Origin: an uncultured Verrucomicrobiae bacterium
Lineage (GTDB): Bacteria > Verrucomicrobiota > Verrucomicrobiia > Limisphaerales > Palsa-1400
Length of the DNA: 64,000 nucleotides
Assembly (NCBI GenBank): GCA_963707025.1
Contig: CAVPOM010000002.1
Location: 32,001-96,000, forward strand
Direction of reading: 5' to 3'
Made by a program: the position numbers and the translations under genes. The notes under the pieces were generated by a model that worked only from the letters and a program-made list of their open reading frames with translations, was not told the origin of the DNA and made no database searches. Below are positions 52,581 to 62,647 of the stretch, piece after piece. Position 1 is the stretch's first letter. Each line of letters starts with the position of its first letter.

Positions 52581-52671
52581 GATTGGGCGGCAATTAACAT
52601 CGGCAAAATTATAGCGGTTGGGGTTCTGTCATGGCAAGCCCGGCGCGGAGCGGATGGACCGCGAAATACGG

Positions 52672-52761
52672 ATGGCCGCGAAAAGGCGCAAAAGGCACAA
52701 AACCGGGCCGCAAGTTCCGGCTCCTTTCCTTTTTGCGCCATTTGCGCTTCTTCGCGGCCAT
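52672..52761. repeat. REP-like long imperfect inverted repeat
   Basis: ATGGCCGCGAAAAGGCGCAAAAGGCACAAAA ... TTTTGCGCCATTTGCGCTTCTTCGCGGCCAT. Confidence 0.8.
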
Positions 52762-52863
52762 TTTTTCCCAGGCGGGAGCAACAAGAAAAACGACGCGGTT
52801 TTCCCAGGAAGCCCGTCTTTCGCATCGCGAAAGACGGCAAAGGGACACAGCGCGGCCATCCCC

Positions 52864-52895
52864 TTGCATAAATACTGAAAGTATGAAATACTGAA
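52864..52895 (+). promoter_or_regulatory. TA operon promoter/operator
   Basis: TTGCAT-17-AATACT with palindrome ATACT-GAA-AGTAT and direct repeat AAATACTGAA x2, 6 nt before the ATG. Confidence 0.6.
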
Positions 52896-52898
52896 TCC

Positions 52899-53132
52899 AT
52901 GACAAAAGTCATCAACATGAATGAACGCGGCACCTTGACCTTGCCCAAGGAGATGCGCCGCCGGCTGGGCGTGGAGCGCAATGCCCAGGTCGTCGCCGAG
53001 GAAACCGAGGAAGGCATCCTCCTCCGCCCCGGGGTCACTTTCCCGGTGGAACTGTATTCCGAAAAGAGGCTGGCTGAATTCCGCCGCCACAACGAAGAGT
53101 CACTGGCCGGTTATCGCCTCAAAAAGAAATGA
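52899..53132 (+). CDS. AbrB/MazE-family antitoxin
   Basis: MNERGTLTLPKEMRRRLG...EEGILLRP; ATGA overlap with the PIN gene. Confidence 0.88.
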   Translation: MTKVINMNERGTLTLPKEMRRRLGVERNAQVVAEETEEGILLRPGVTFPVELYSEKRLAEFRRHNEESLAGYRLKKK

Positions 53133-53527
53133 GGGGTTTTCTGGACGCCAACATCCTTTTTTCGGCGGCGCTATCGCACAGCCGGATGCGCGCCTTTTTG
53201 GACGTGCTCCTGGATCACGCAGACTGCCTGACCAATGATTATGCAATTGAAGAAGCCCGGCGCAATCTGGCCGCAAAGCATCCGGATCGCGTAAAGGCGT
53301 TGGAACGGCTGGCAAAACAGTGTGAAGTCGTTCCGCAGTTGGAAGCGGACTTGGAAGTCGAATTGCCGTTGAAAGATGCGCCGATTCTCGGCGGAGCCAT
53401 TGCCGGCCAGGCCACGCATTTGCTCACAGGTGATGAACGGGATTTGGGGACATTTTGGGGCAAGACGATCCAGGGCGTCAAAGTTGTTTCGCCGCGAATG
53501 CTGGCGGAGGAACTGCGGTTGTGCTGA
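53129..53527 (+). CDS. PIN-domain (VapC-like) toxin
   Basis: FLDANILFSA, EE, KDAPIL, LLTGD..D. Confidence 0.88.
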   Translation: MRGFLDANILFSAALSHSRMRAFLDVLLDHADCLTNDYAIEEARRNLAAKHPDRVKALERLAKQCEVVPQLEADLEVELPLKDAPILGGAIAGQATHLLTGDERDLGTFWGKTIQGVKVVSPRMLAEELRLC

Positions 53528-53569
53528 ACGAACTTCTCCTGTTTCAAAACGCGGCAAAAAGAAGGCCGG

Positions 53570-53991
53570 GCCGGCTTGCCGCGCCGTAGTCGCCTGGCCG
53601 CCGTAGCCTTGGCGAAGGCGGATGACAGGGGCGGAAGGCCTACACGCGAAAACCCAGCCCCGACAAGTGCCTGGTCGTGAAGTCGCTGGCCTAACGACTG
53701 CCCCGCCTACCACCCAGGCGACAACCCGCGTCTCACCTGGCCGTCAGAAGTCAGTCGGCGCGGCCCGGCGCCCCGACGAGCGCCCGCGGTTTGTTAAGCT
53801 TCGCGTCGGCATGGCACAGGGACTGCGAAAAACCGGGCACTCCCCGTGCCACGCCGATCGCTTCGCGGCTGCATGAAATCAGTGGCCGGGGTGCCGCCCT
53901 GACAGGGCTTGGCGGGGTGGCCGGCTTTACCCAGGGTGTCGCCCGCGGACTCGCTTTGCCCTGGGCTATATTATTTCGCCCCGTTGGGGCT
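53570..53991. repeat. Cluster of several REP-like palindromes
   Basis: CCGTAGCCTTGGCGAAGGCGG; TCGGCATGGCAC..GTGCCACGCCGA; GCCCTGACAGGGC; CCCAGGG..CCCTGGG; GCCCCGTTGGGGC. Confidence 0.7.
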
Positions 53992-53999
53992 TCCAAAAA

Positions 54000-55157
54000 C
54001 TAACGGTCGGACTTGGAGCCAAACAAGCGGCTGTGCTCGAGGATGGCGTAGCGGTCGGTCATGCCGGAGAGGTAGTCGCAGATGGCGCGGAGCCAGCCGG
54101 CGCGCCGGGCGCGCTTTTGGCTGGAGACGCCAATTTCGCGGGGATGTTCCAGGTAGTAGTGGAAAAGGTCGCCCAACATGGTGCCGGCACGGTTGTTTGG
54201 CTCAAAGACCACGGGGCTGGAGTAGAGGTTTTGCCAGAGGAAGGCGCGGAGTTCGAGGTTCAAACGGCGGCGGCGGAGGCTGTGCTGGACCAGGGGATGG
54301 GGCTGGAGGCGGACGTCGTCGGCGGATTGGACGCCGGAGGCCAGGATGGCGGCTTCGGAGGTTTGGACAACGTCGCGCACCTGGCGGTCAATGAGGCAGC
54401 GGATGATGAAGTAGCGGCGGGTTTCGTCCGGGAGACCGGGGTGTTGGGCCAGGACGGCGCGGGAGGCCCCGGAAAATAGTTTGACTTCGCGGTTGAGTTT
54501 TTTTTCGGAGAGGAGGCCGGCTTCCAGGCCGTCATCGAGGTCGTGGCTGCAATAGGTCAGTTCGTCGGAGAGGTTGGCGACCTGGGCTTCGAGGGAGGGG
54601 GATTTGGGGGAGAAGCCCTGGCGGTGGCGGGGATGATCGTAGGGGGATTGGTGTTTGGCCAGGCCTTCGCGGGTTTCCCAAGTGAGGTTCAAGCCGCGGA
54701 AGTCGGGGTATTTTTCCTCGAGTTCTTCGACGATGCGCAAGCTCTGGCGGTTGTGCTCGAAGCCGCCGTGGCCGCGCATCAACTGGTCCAGGACTTCCTC
54801 GCCTTTGTGGCCGAATGGGGCGTGGCCGAGGTCATGGGCCAGGGCGATGGTTTCGGCCAGGTCCTGGTTCAGGTTGAGCGCGCTGGCGATGTTGCGGGCG
54901 ATGGCGGCGACTTCGATGGAGTGGGTCAGGCGGGTGCGGAGATGATCGCCGGTGCCGTTGAGGAAAACCTGGGTCTTGTATTCCAGGCGGCGAAAGGCGC
55001 GGGAGTGGATGACGCGGTCGCGGTCGCGCTGGTATTCGGTGCGCCAGAGGGCGCGGGGTTCGGGGTGGACGCGGCCGCGGGATTGGGCGCTGAGCTGGGC
55101 GTAAGGGGCGAGGGTCTGGCGTTCCCGTTGTTCGAGCAGTTCTCTGGAACACGGCAT
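54000..55157 (-). CDS. dgt: Deoxyguanosinetriphosphate triphosphohydrolase
   Basis: RDRDRVIHSRAFRRL..KTQVF, RTRLTHS.EV, AHDLGH.PFGH.GE, DYLSGMTD. Confidence 0.95.
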   Translation of the reverse strand: MPCSRELLEQRERQTLAPYAQLSAQSRGRVHPEPRALWRTEYQRDRDRVIHSRAFRRLEYKTQVFLNGTGDHLRTRLTHSIEVAAIARNIASALNLNQDLAETIALAHDLGHAPFGHKGEEVLDQLMRGHGGFEHNRQSLRIVEELEEKYPDFRGLNLTWETREGLAKHQSPYDHPRHRQGFSPKSPSLEAQVANLSDELTYCSHDLDDGLEAGLLSEKKLNREVKLFSGASRAVLAQHPGLPDETRRYFIIRCLIDRQVRDVVQTSEAAILASGVQSADDVRLQPHPLVQHSLRRRRLNLELRAFLWQNLYSSPVVFEPNNRAGTMLGDLFHYYLEHPREIGVSSQKRARRAGWLRAICDYLSGMTDRYAILEHSRLFGSKSDR

Positions 55158-55175
55158 GGCAGGCCCCGGGTTGGA

Positions 55176-56444
55176 TCAGTTGGCCAGGAGTTCCTGGACG
55201 GAGAAGCCGCGCAGTTGGAAGAGGCGGCGGATAGCGTCCTCGATGAGGTTGTTGGGGCAGGAAGCGCCGGCGGTGATGCCGACGGTAATTTTGCCCGGAG
55301 GCAGCCAGCCGTGGGTCTCGACTTCCCGCTGGAGCTGGAGGTTGTAATGGCGGATCAATTGGTCGGAGACCATCATGGCGGCATTTTTGACAAAGTAAGT
55401 GGGGAGTTTGGCTTCGCCCATTTCGGCCAGATGGGAGGTGTTGGAGGAATTGTAGCCGCCGATGACCAGGAGCAGGTCCATGGGTTCGCAGAGCAATTTC
55501 TCCAGGGCGTCCTGCCGTTCCTGGGTGGCGCCGCAGATGGTGTCAAAGAAGCGGAAATGACGGTCCAATTGGCCGGGGCCGAAGCGGGTGATCATGGCGT
55601 TTTTGATGCGGCGCTGCACTTCCTCCGTTTCGCCGCGGAGCATGGTGGTTTGGTTGGCAACGCCCACGGCCTGGAGATGGATGTCGGGATCGAAGCCGGC
55701 GGAATAAGCGCCGGCGAAGGTGTCGAGGAATTCCTGTTTGTTGCCGCCGTGGAGGATGTAGTTGCAGACGTAATCGGTTTCGGCCAGGTTATAGACGACC
55801 AGGTAATGGCCCGGGCCGTCGGCGCCGGCCTGGGAGGTGGTGGCCTTGGTTTCCTCGTGCTTGGCTTTGCCGTGGATGATGCTGGTGACTCGTTCCTTGG
55901 AGTATTGGCGGACCCGTTTCCACACGCTCATGACGTCGCCGCAAGTGGTGTCCACCAGGCGGCAGCCCTTGGCCACCAATTTGGTGCGGGTGCCCACCTC
56001 GGTGCCGAAAGCGGGGATGATGACCACGTCGTCCTCGCGCAGCCGTTGCAGCTCCTCTTCGGTGGGGTTGGGGGAAATGATCTGGATGCCCATGTTGTAA
56101 ATCTGGTCGTTGACTTCCGGGTTGTGGATGATTTCGCCCAGGAGATAAATGGGCTGCGGGAGGGGAAAGACATTGCGGGCGGCGTAAGCCAGGTCAATGG
56201 CGCGTTCCACGCCGTAACAGAAGCCGTATTTCTTGGCCAATTTGACCGTGAGCAGGCCGTCGGCGCTGAGGACGTGGCCCTTGTCGCGAATGCGTTCGAC
56301 CAGTTCGCTGCGGTAATGGGACAGAACCTGGGCCTGGACGGCGGCCATGACGTCCGGGCGGCGGAGATTGATTTTTCTTGGCGTTGAGCTGGTGTCTCCG
56401 TTGCCAGGGCCATGCCCATTCCCATTTTGCGCGTTGTTCGACAT
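55176..56444 (-). CDS. ispH: 4-hydroxy-3-methylbut-2-enyl diphosphate reductase
   Basis: GFCYGVERA, IIHNP, DTTC, H.E, NQTT, DTIC.ATQERQ, SSNT, TAGAS.P. Confidence 0.96.
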   Translation of the reverse strand: MSNNAQNGNGHGPGNGDTSSTPRKINLRRPDVMAAVQAQVLSHYRSELVERIRDKGHVLSADGLLTVKLAKKYGFCYGVERAIDLAYAARNVFPLPQPIYLLGEIIHNPEVNDQIYNMGIQIISPNPTEEELQRLREDDVVIIPAFGTEVGTRTKLVAKGCRLVDTTCGDVMSVWKRVRQYSKERVTSIIHGKAKHEETKATTSQAGADGPGHYLVVYNLAETDYVCNYILHGGNKQEFLDTFAGAYSAGFDPDIHLQAVGVANQTTMLRGETEEVQRRIKNAMITRFGPGQLDRHFRFFDTICGATQERQDALEKLLCEPMDLLLVIGGYNSSNTSHLAEMGEAKLPTYFVKNAAMMVSDQLIRHYNLQLQREVETHGWLPPGKITVGITAGASCPNNLIEDAIRRLFQLRGFSVQELLAN

Positions 56445-56610
56445 CACACCCAAAGTTTAGCATGGGTTGGGCGGGTTCAAAGATTAAAATTTTGGCGCGC
56501 CCAGGGAACTGGAATGGGACCAATAGGACGAATGGGACGGAGATGGACAAACACGGACGGGCACTTGGGCGAGCTTGTTCGCAAACGGCAGTGCTCAATG
56601 TGGTTGGAAC

Positions 56611-57741
56611 CTACGGCGAAGGGCCGGCACTGAGCCGGGCGGTGACGGCGCGGCAGATGTCGGCGGCGGCGGCGGGGCGGCCCAAGGCGGCGGCGGCCCG
56701 GCCCAGGTCGGCGAGTTTTTTGGAGCCGAGAAGCTGGCCGAGACGAAAGGGGAGGTCTTCGACGCGATTGGCTTTGGCGGCGGCGCCATGTTCGAGGAGA
56801 AAATCGCTGTTGGCGGCTTCCTGGCCGGGAATGGGATTGAGAATGAAGAGGGGTTTGCCCAAGGCCAGCGCCTCGGAGGTGGTCAAGCCGCCGGGTTTGG
56901 TGATGAGCAAATCCGACACGGCCATCAGTTCGTGCATGTTGGTGACGAAGCCCAGCACGCGGGTGGGATGGCGGCGGTCGCAGGCGGCCAGGTCGCGGCG
57001 CAGCCGGTCGTTGCGCCCCGCCACGACGAGGGTTTGCAATGGGCGCTCGATTTGATCCAAGGCGGCGAGAATTTGCGCGACCGGCCCCATGCCGAATCCA
57101 CCGCTGAGGACAAGGAGAATGGGGAGATCGTCGCGCAGACCCTGCGCTTTGCGCACGGCGGCGGCGTCAATGCGGCCGGAAAATTTTGCGGAGATGGGAA
57201 TGCCGGTGGCCAGAACCTGGGCGGCCGAAGCGCCGCGGGCGACGAGACGGGCCTTGGTTTCCTCGGCGGCGACGCAATAGAGGTCCACGTGGGCGTCCAT
57301 CCACAGGGCGTGGGCCTCAAAATCGGTGACGATGCTGACGGTGAGAGGGGGAGGGCCGGGCCACTTATGGCGGAGCCGGCCGAGGAGTTCGACGGGCAGG
57401 TAATGGGTGCAGAGGACGGCGTCGGGAGCGAATTGCTTGACAAAGCGGGCGAATTTGCGGGAACTGGCGGAGCCGAAAGTTTTTCTCCAGCGGGCCAGTT
57501 TGGCGACCAGCCCGGGATTGTCCATGGTGTTGAAGACCAGGCCCCAGAGTTCGGGGGCATGGGCGATCAATTTGACGTAGCCGTCGCTATAGATTTTTTT
57601 GTGAAGCGGGGAAAAGAAAGTGAGGAGATCCAGGCGTTGCACCACGTCTTGGGGCCGGGCCTGGAGCCAGGTTTCCTGGAGTGCGGCGGCGGCCTGGAGA
57701 TGGCCGCCCCCGGCCGTAATGGTGGCGATGAGAATGCGCAT
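56611..57741 (-). CDS. MGDG synthase / UgtP-like glycosyltransferase (GT28)
   Basis: GGGH..AA.A, CTH, VTDF..H..W, TGIPI, ITKPGGLT.SEA, PGQE..N; start may lie further upstream. Confidence 0.9.
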   Translation of the reverse strand: MRILIATITAGGGHLQAAAALQETWLQARPQDVVQRLDLLTFFSPLHKKIYSDGYVKLIAHAPELWGLVFNTMDNPGLVAKLARWRKTFGSASSRKFARFVKQFAPDAVLCTHYLPVELLGRLRHKWPGPPPLTVSIVTDFEAHALWMDAHVDLYCVAAEETKARLVARGASAAQVLATGIPISAKFSGRIDAAAVRKAQGLRDDLPILLVLSGGFGMGPVAQILAALDQIERPLQTLVVAGRNDRLRRDLAACDRRHPTRVLGFVTNMHELMAVSDLLITKPGGLTTSEALALGKPLFILNPIPGQEAANSDFLLEHGAAAKANRVEDLPFRLGQLLGSKKLADLGRAAAALGRPAAAADICRAVTARLSAGPSP

Positions 57742-57846
57742 CGTGTCTGAGGGTTGTATGCCGGGGTCAATCATTAGTGGTTGCGCGGCCGGCGCTTTTT
57801 GGCGCAGTTCCATGCCTCTGGCCGCGGCCCGGCGTTCTGGCAACCC

Positions 57847-57922
57847 ATGTTCATTTTGAAAGGACAATTAATCCGCATTTCCGTCCTGCAATCCAGCAAA
57901 AAAGCGGCCCTCCTTTATTTCT
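57847..57922 (+). pseudogene. 5' half of a small membrane-protein gene interrupted by the IS1-family transposon
   Basis: MFILKGQLIRISVLQSSKKAALLYF joins in frame to 63226..63455 once the element and one TSD copy are removed. Confidence 0.8.
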
Positions 57923-57953
57923 GGTCGTGTACTAACGGATTGTTGATAAATTC

Positions 57954-58389
57954 TTAGAAATCTGGCCTGTGCTGCCCACATTTACAGCACACCTTTTCCC
58001 GCTTGAACATGGCGCCTGCCATGCTGGTTGAAATCCCGGCGAGAAGCTGTCCCGTGAAAGTCATCGAACCAAAAACGAGCGGCGTTGCTGGTTCGTAGAG
58101 ATCATAATCCAGGCAGCCGCAATTTGGGCATCCAACTCTGCGGGAATTTGCTTCAACTCGCCGACCCAGTTCCGCATTGACCAGATCGCCATATTCTCGA
58201 TTGAAAAGCAGCGTCATTTCTCCACACGTCGGGCATTTAAAATTCTTGAAAAACAATTCTACGGGAAATTCCAATTTTTGAGAGCACGCATTGCAAAGGC
58301 ATGACAGATATTCCGGCTTACCCGGCATATTCTGGACCATCCAGTCCCCCGCGACATCGCTGGAGGGAAGATAATCAGGATCAGAAGGC
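57954..58389 (-). pseudogene. Cys-rich zinc-ribbon passenger gene, separated from its first codons (59898..59882) by the IS3 insertion
   Basis: Four CxxC pairs; in-frame reconstruction MEPLKPSDPDYLPSSDVAGDW-MVQN...; internal ATG 58340 could still be used. Confidence 0.7.
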
Positions 58390-58626
58390 TGAGGTGGACC
58401 CCATCCTTTAGACCACGGAGCGCATGAAATAAGCGCGACTTTTGCCGATTGCTGTCATTACTAATTGTAGTTGACTACTGTTCATTCCGTGTTTCAAAAC
58501 CCTTTCGAAAGAGAGAACGAGCGATGCGGAGCACTGCCCGTCCTCCCTCTCCGTTTTCTTAGGGTTCTCAACTCTACCGCCGCAGGCGGTCTGATTTCAA
58601 GCCTTTTCCTGCCGCCTGCCTCTCTG

Positions 58627-59512
58627 TCAAGTGCTGCGATCGCTCCTGCCTCTGGCAGGTTGCATCGCTTCCCATTTGGCCGGTTGGGCTCCATGCGTGC
58701 CGGGATCAAAATACGCGTCCGCCGGCGTCGCATAGCCCAACGCCTGGTGCGGTCGTTCCCGGTTGTAGCCGTCAAACCACCGGCCCAGTCCGCGCCCTGC
58801 CGCCAACCCGTCGCCATAGTCTTGCAAATAAATGTCCTCATACTTGGCGCTCCGCCACAGCCGCTCGATAAACCGGTTGTCCATCCAGCGACCCCGTCCG
58901 TCCATGCTCACGTCCACCCCCGCCGATTCCACCGCATTGATAAACATCGGGGAGGTGAACTGCGATCCCTGTCGGTATTGGAAATCAACGGCGCCTGACG
59001 CCCCGCCCGCAACGCCGCCTCCCAAGCGTCCACACAAAAGTCCGCCTCCAACGTGTTGCTCAAGCGCCATCCCAGCACGTAACGACTCCACCAATCCATC
59101 ACCGCCACCAAATACATAAACCCAGTTGCCATAGGCACATACGTAATGTCCGAACACCAAACCTGATCCGGTCCCGTCACTGCCAAATTGCGTAACAGAT
59201 ACGGATAAATCTGGTGCCCCATCTCCCGCAGACTCGTCTTGGGCTTGGCGTAAATCGCCTCGATCCCCATCAACCGCAGCAGCCGCACCACCCGTTTGCG
59301 ATTGATGGTCAAACCCTCCCGGCGCAACAGCACGGTCAGTTTGCGGCTGCCATAAACCGGGTGGTCCAAATGCATCTGGTCCAACCGCCGCATCAGCGCC
59401 AGGTTCTCCTCTGTCTCCGGACAGCACTGGTAATAATAACTGCCACGGCACACCGCCAGCAGCTCGCACTGGCGCCGCACGCTGAGCTGCGGATCGGGAG
59501 CGATTAAACATG
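58627..59512 (-). CDS. IS3 transposase OrfB (rve/DDE); extra frameshift near 58972
   Basis: YGSRK, WCSDITY, D..SR, NTD/QGSQFTS, DN.FIERLWRS.KYE, YN.ERPHQALGY.TP. Confidence 0.9.
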
Positions 59513-59803
59513 TTAAAGCCCCAGTTGCCTGGACTTTTTTTTAAGCCAGTCCAAGTCCACCGTCAGTTGGCCAATCTTCTCATGCAGTTGGGCAATCAAC
59601 TGTTCCTGATCCTCCGTGCGGGGTTGCCCGGGCTCAAACAATTCGGGCATGTGATCCCGAATCGTCGCCCGCCACTGCGTGACCTGCGCCGGATGCACCG
59701 CATACTCTCGCGCCAATTGCGCGACCGTCTTCAGCCCCACCAGGGCTTCGAATCCCACTTTGGCCTTGAAGGCCGCACTGTGTCTTTTCCGTTTTGCTTT
59801 CAT
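59513..59803 (-). CDS. IS3 transposase OrfA (HTH) with A8G slippery site
   Basis: RKRHSAAFKAKV..EAL, WLKKKS; AAAAAAAAG on the minus strand at 59542..59534. Confidence 0.92.
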   Translation of the reverse strand: MKAKRKRHSAAFKAKVGFEALVGLKTVAQLAREYAVHPAQVTQWRATIRDHMPELFEPGQPRTEDQEQLIAQLHEKIGQLTVDLDWLKKKSRQLGL

Positions 59804-59935
59804 AAGTCTGCTCTTTCTTATCTACAGCAAACCGGCAAAAATCGAAACTTACCTGTGGTCTAAAAATAGGGGTCCAGCTCAGGCTTCAGCGGTTCCATAG
59901 GGGGTGATTTAAACATTTTTGACTTTTAAAATCAA

Positions 59936-60868
59936 ATGAAAATTCCACCAAAAAACCCTGTCTTTTCCCGCAGCAAGTTGATTAGCCTTTGGGACATGAT
60001 CCAATTTCACGCGAGAGATTTCGTGATCCTGCTGGAAGAACTGGACACTTCGATTCTCTTCATCCGAGATGAAGTTCGCACCCTTCCAAGCAGAACAACC
60101 ACTGAAGCTGAAAAACAGCGATTCCGGGACCTGGCCCGGCGACTCTGCAATGAATGTCACAAATATGATTTAAGGGATGCCGCCGACCGTGCTGACCTCC
60201 TTTATAGGCGCTTGACGGAAGATCTGAACCAAAGTCGCCCATCTCCCGCTCCACCCCGCGCGTTTTCCGCGCTAGACGAAGATTTTCGTGAAATCCATCA
60301 CTGCATTGGAGAGGGTCTAATGGCGATCCAATTCATAATTGTCGAGCGTTCCAAAGCCGACTTCTGGGAGCGGGACGAACTTTTTGGGGCTGCTGTAAAT
60401 TCGGCATTTGCCTCTGCGCGCCTCGACATTAAAGAGGCCGGCAACTGTCTGGCACTTGAATTGAACACCGCAGCCGTCTTCCATTTAATGCGCGTCGTTG
60501 AATTGAGCCTGAGAGGACTCGCCGGCCATTTGGAATGCAACTTTCCATTTCCAGTCCAGTATTCGACTTGGGCGGAGGTTTTACGGGAGATTGACGAAAA
60601 ACTGAATAAAACCAAGGGTACGACCAGGGGTGATTTAAGGGAATCCGATTTGCAATTTTATACCGAACTTGCGCGGGAAATCAGGGCTTTCAATTATGCG
60701 TGGAGAGACCCCATAATGCACGTCCGGCTGCGATTTGGTGATCCCCATGAAGCAGAGAATGTGTTCACTCACGTCCGGCGATTCATGGAGCGGTTGGCCA
60801 CACGGGTTAAAGAGCCGGTGCCAGACTTGATAAATCCTGAAACTAGAGCAGATTGTTACGAAATTTGA
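59936..60868 (+). CDS. HEPN-like domain protein (putative RNase), transposon passenger
   Basis: DIKEAGNCLA....TAAVFHLMRVVE helix and Rx4H motif WRDPIMH. Confidence 0.7.
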   Translation: MKIPPKNPVFSRSKLISLWDMIQFHARDFVILLEELDTSILFIRDEVRTLPSRTTTEAEKQRFRDLARRLCNECHKYDLRDAADRADLLYRRLTEDLNQSRPSPAPPRAFSALDEDFREIHHCIGEGLMAIQFIIVERSKADFWERDELFGAAVNSAFASARLDIKEAGNCLALELNTAAVFHLMRVVELSLRGLAGHLECNFPFPVQYSTWAEVLREIDEKLNKTKGTTRGDLRESDLQFYTELAREIRAFNYAWRDPIMHVRLRFGDPHEAENVFTHVRRFMERLATRVKEPVPDLINPETRADCYEI

Positions 60869-60986
60869 AACAAAAGGCCCCGCAGTGCTGATACACCGCG
60901 AGGCCGCAACAAAAGGCGTTTGAGGCCAAAAGTTGCTGTATCTTGCGATACGCAGTCACTTTATTCCCGCGCCGTGAAAGCGTCAA

Positions 60987-61953
60987 GTGACATGCCATTG
61001 CTGCCAGGGCGAAACCCAGCGTTTCGGCCATTTTGAGAACCGCAACCGGATTGTCCAGCGTTACCGCTGCGTCCGGTGCGGGAAAACATTTTCCGAATCC
61101 CAGCCGTTGGAAGGCGTGAGGATCGAGCATGGGAAGATTGTCCAGATTGTCCGCCTGTTCTCCGAGGGATGCGGAGTCCGCGCCATCAGCCGCCTAACCG
61201 ATTGCCACACCTGGACGGTTTTGGGTGTCCTGTCGGAAGTTGGCACCGCCTGCGCCGTGCATGATCGGCTCGTTCGCAATATCACCACCGATTCGGTTCA
61301 GGTTGACGAACTCTGGAGCCGGGTCGCAATCCGCCAGAGCCGCACAACCGAAGATGACACCGAGCGCGGCGACTTTTACACGTTCCTGGGTATCGCGGCG
61401 CGGGAGAAGCTGATTGTCAGCCATTACACGGGCAAACGGGATGCCGAGAGGTACAGATGTTTTCGTAAAGGATTTGGCCGCCCGAATCGTCGGGCGCATC
61501 CAAATCACCAGCGACGCCTTTCGGGCATACCCGGCCATCATCCGCCAATACCTCTTGGAGCGGCTGGACTATGCCGTTATGGTAAAAAAGTTCGACACTC
61601 CACCGGGTCAGGTGGAGGCAAAGCGCCGGTATTCACCGGCTCCATTCAAGGGCATCACAATCAAAGTGAAGGCGGGAAATCCACGCCGGGACAGAATTTG
61701 CACCAGCCATGTGGAACGGGCCAACTTAACCGTCCGCCATTTCAACAAACGCTTCGTCCGGCTCGGTTTGGGTTGGTCCCGAAAGCTGGAAAACCACAAG
61801 GCGGCAATCAGCCTATTTGTTGTCGCATATAATTTCTGCAAGGTCCATTCCACGTTGGGATGCACGCCCGCCGTCGGAGCAAAGCTCACTGATCACAATT
61901 GGTCGGTTGAGGAGTTGCTTGAGCGGGCGACCGTGCAGGATGAAAACAAGTAA
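60987..61953 (+). CDS. IS1-family transposase (zinc finger + HTH + DDE); one frameshift near 61445-61455
   Basis: C..C...QRYRC..CGKTF, EGCGVRAISRL, VQVDELWS, GKRD, ITSD, TSHVER.NLTVR. Confidence 0.9.
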
Positions 61954-62109
61954 AATATATGAAATTAAAAACTACCCTCAATAGAAAAATCTACCTGCCT
62001 GCCTCCTTGGGAGGCAGGGTCAAGCTTTCCCGTGAGAAAGCCTCCGGCTTCAGAATACTGAAGCGCGTGCTGCAATCCGCCGCTTTGAGCGAGAGGGACG
62101 CTGATAAAA

Positions 62110-62298
62110 TCAATCGCGTCCTGGCCGCGATTTAGCTGTTTTGATATTTTCAACATCTTCACTGAGCTGCATCAACGCTTCAGTGAGGTCGGAAAGACCT
62201 TGGGCGATATAGTTGCAGATGGTTGCCGGATCGCCAGAATGCTTGGTTGCGTTGCGGAAACTGGTTCTGGCTTTTTCAAGTCTATCGTTGGTGGTCAT
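62110..62298 (-). CDS. Small hypothetical passenger protein (62 aa)
   Basis: Amphipathic-helix-like ORF MTTNDRLEKAR...; no recognised family. Confidence 0.45.
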   Translation of the reverse strand: MTTNDRLEKARTSFRNATKHSGDPATICNYIAQGLSDLTEALMQLSEDVENIKTAKSRPGRD

Positions 62299-62553
62299 CT
62301 GGATAGTGTGTCGCTCGTTTGAATGATGTCGAGCACTTTTCCGATTTTTTCGGAAACCGAAAACGATGAAAAACCAACCCCTAATGACCATTAAACGACG
62401 ATTTAACCCTCAGTTCCCGCCACCTCTCACCAAAGCCCAAATCAGCCTGCTTTTGGACGGACCCAAGCCGCCACGCGCCAAAGGCATCCTCAAACCCAGG
62501 GCGCGGATTTCAATCCACTGGCGGGGAAGAAAATGAGGCCCTCAAATCTTTAA

Positions 62554-62647
62554 GTGGGGGGGCGTGGACATCCCAGCCGTAAACCAGCGGCGTCCTATCA
62601 CCAGCTATATCCACTGGATGGATTATGGCCTGTCCGCCCTCCCCCGC
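62554..62647 (+). ncRNA. Candidate structured RNA (long rod-like hairpin)
   Basis: Outer stem 16/17 pairs including 3 G-U; inner stem GCCGUAA/UUAUGGC; wobble pairs form only on the + strand. Confidence 0.4.

Larger units (their letters stand above)
58390..59881 (-). mobile_element. IS3-family insertion sequence, 1492 bp, nested
   Basis: TG...CA ends with imperfect IRs (TGAGGTGGACCCCATCCTTTAGACCAC / TGAGCTGGACCCCTATTTTTAGACCAC); 3-bp TSD GGC; orfA/orfB. Confidence 0.93.

Noticed and set aside
61440..61460. Classical IS1 insA/insB A6C programmed frameshift
   Set aside because: No A6C slippery site here, and the break lies inside the DDE domain; error or inactivating mutation is more likely
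62554..62647. tRNA, tRNA-Sec or SRP RNA
   Set aside because: No T-loop GTTCRA, no cloverleaf or CCA end, and no SRP GNRA/GGAA domain IV motif
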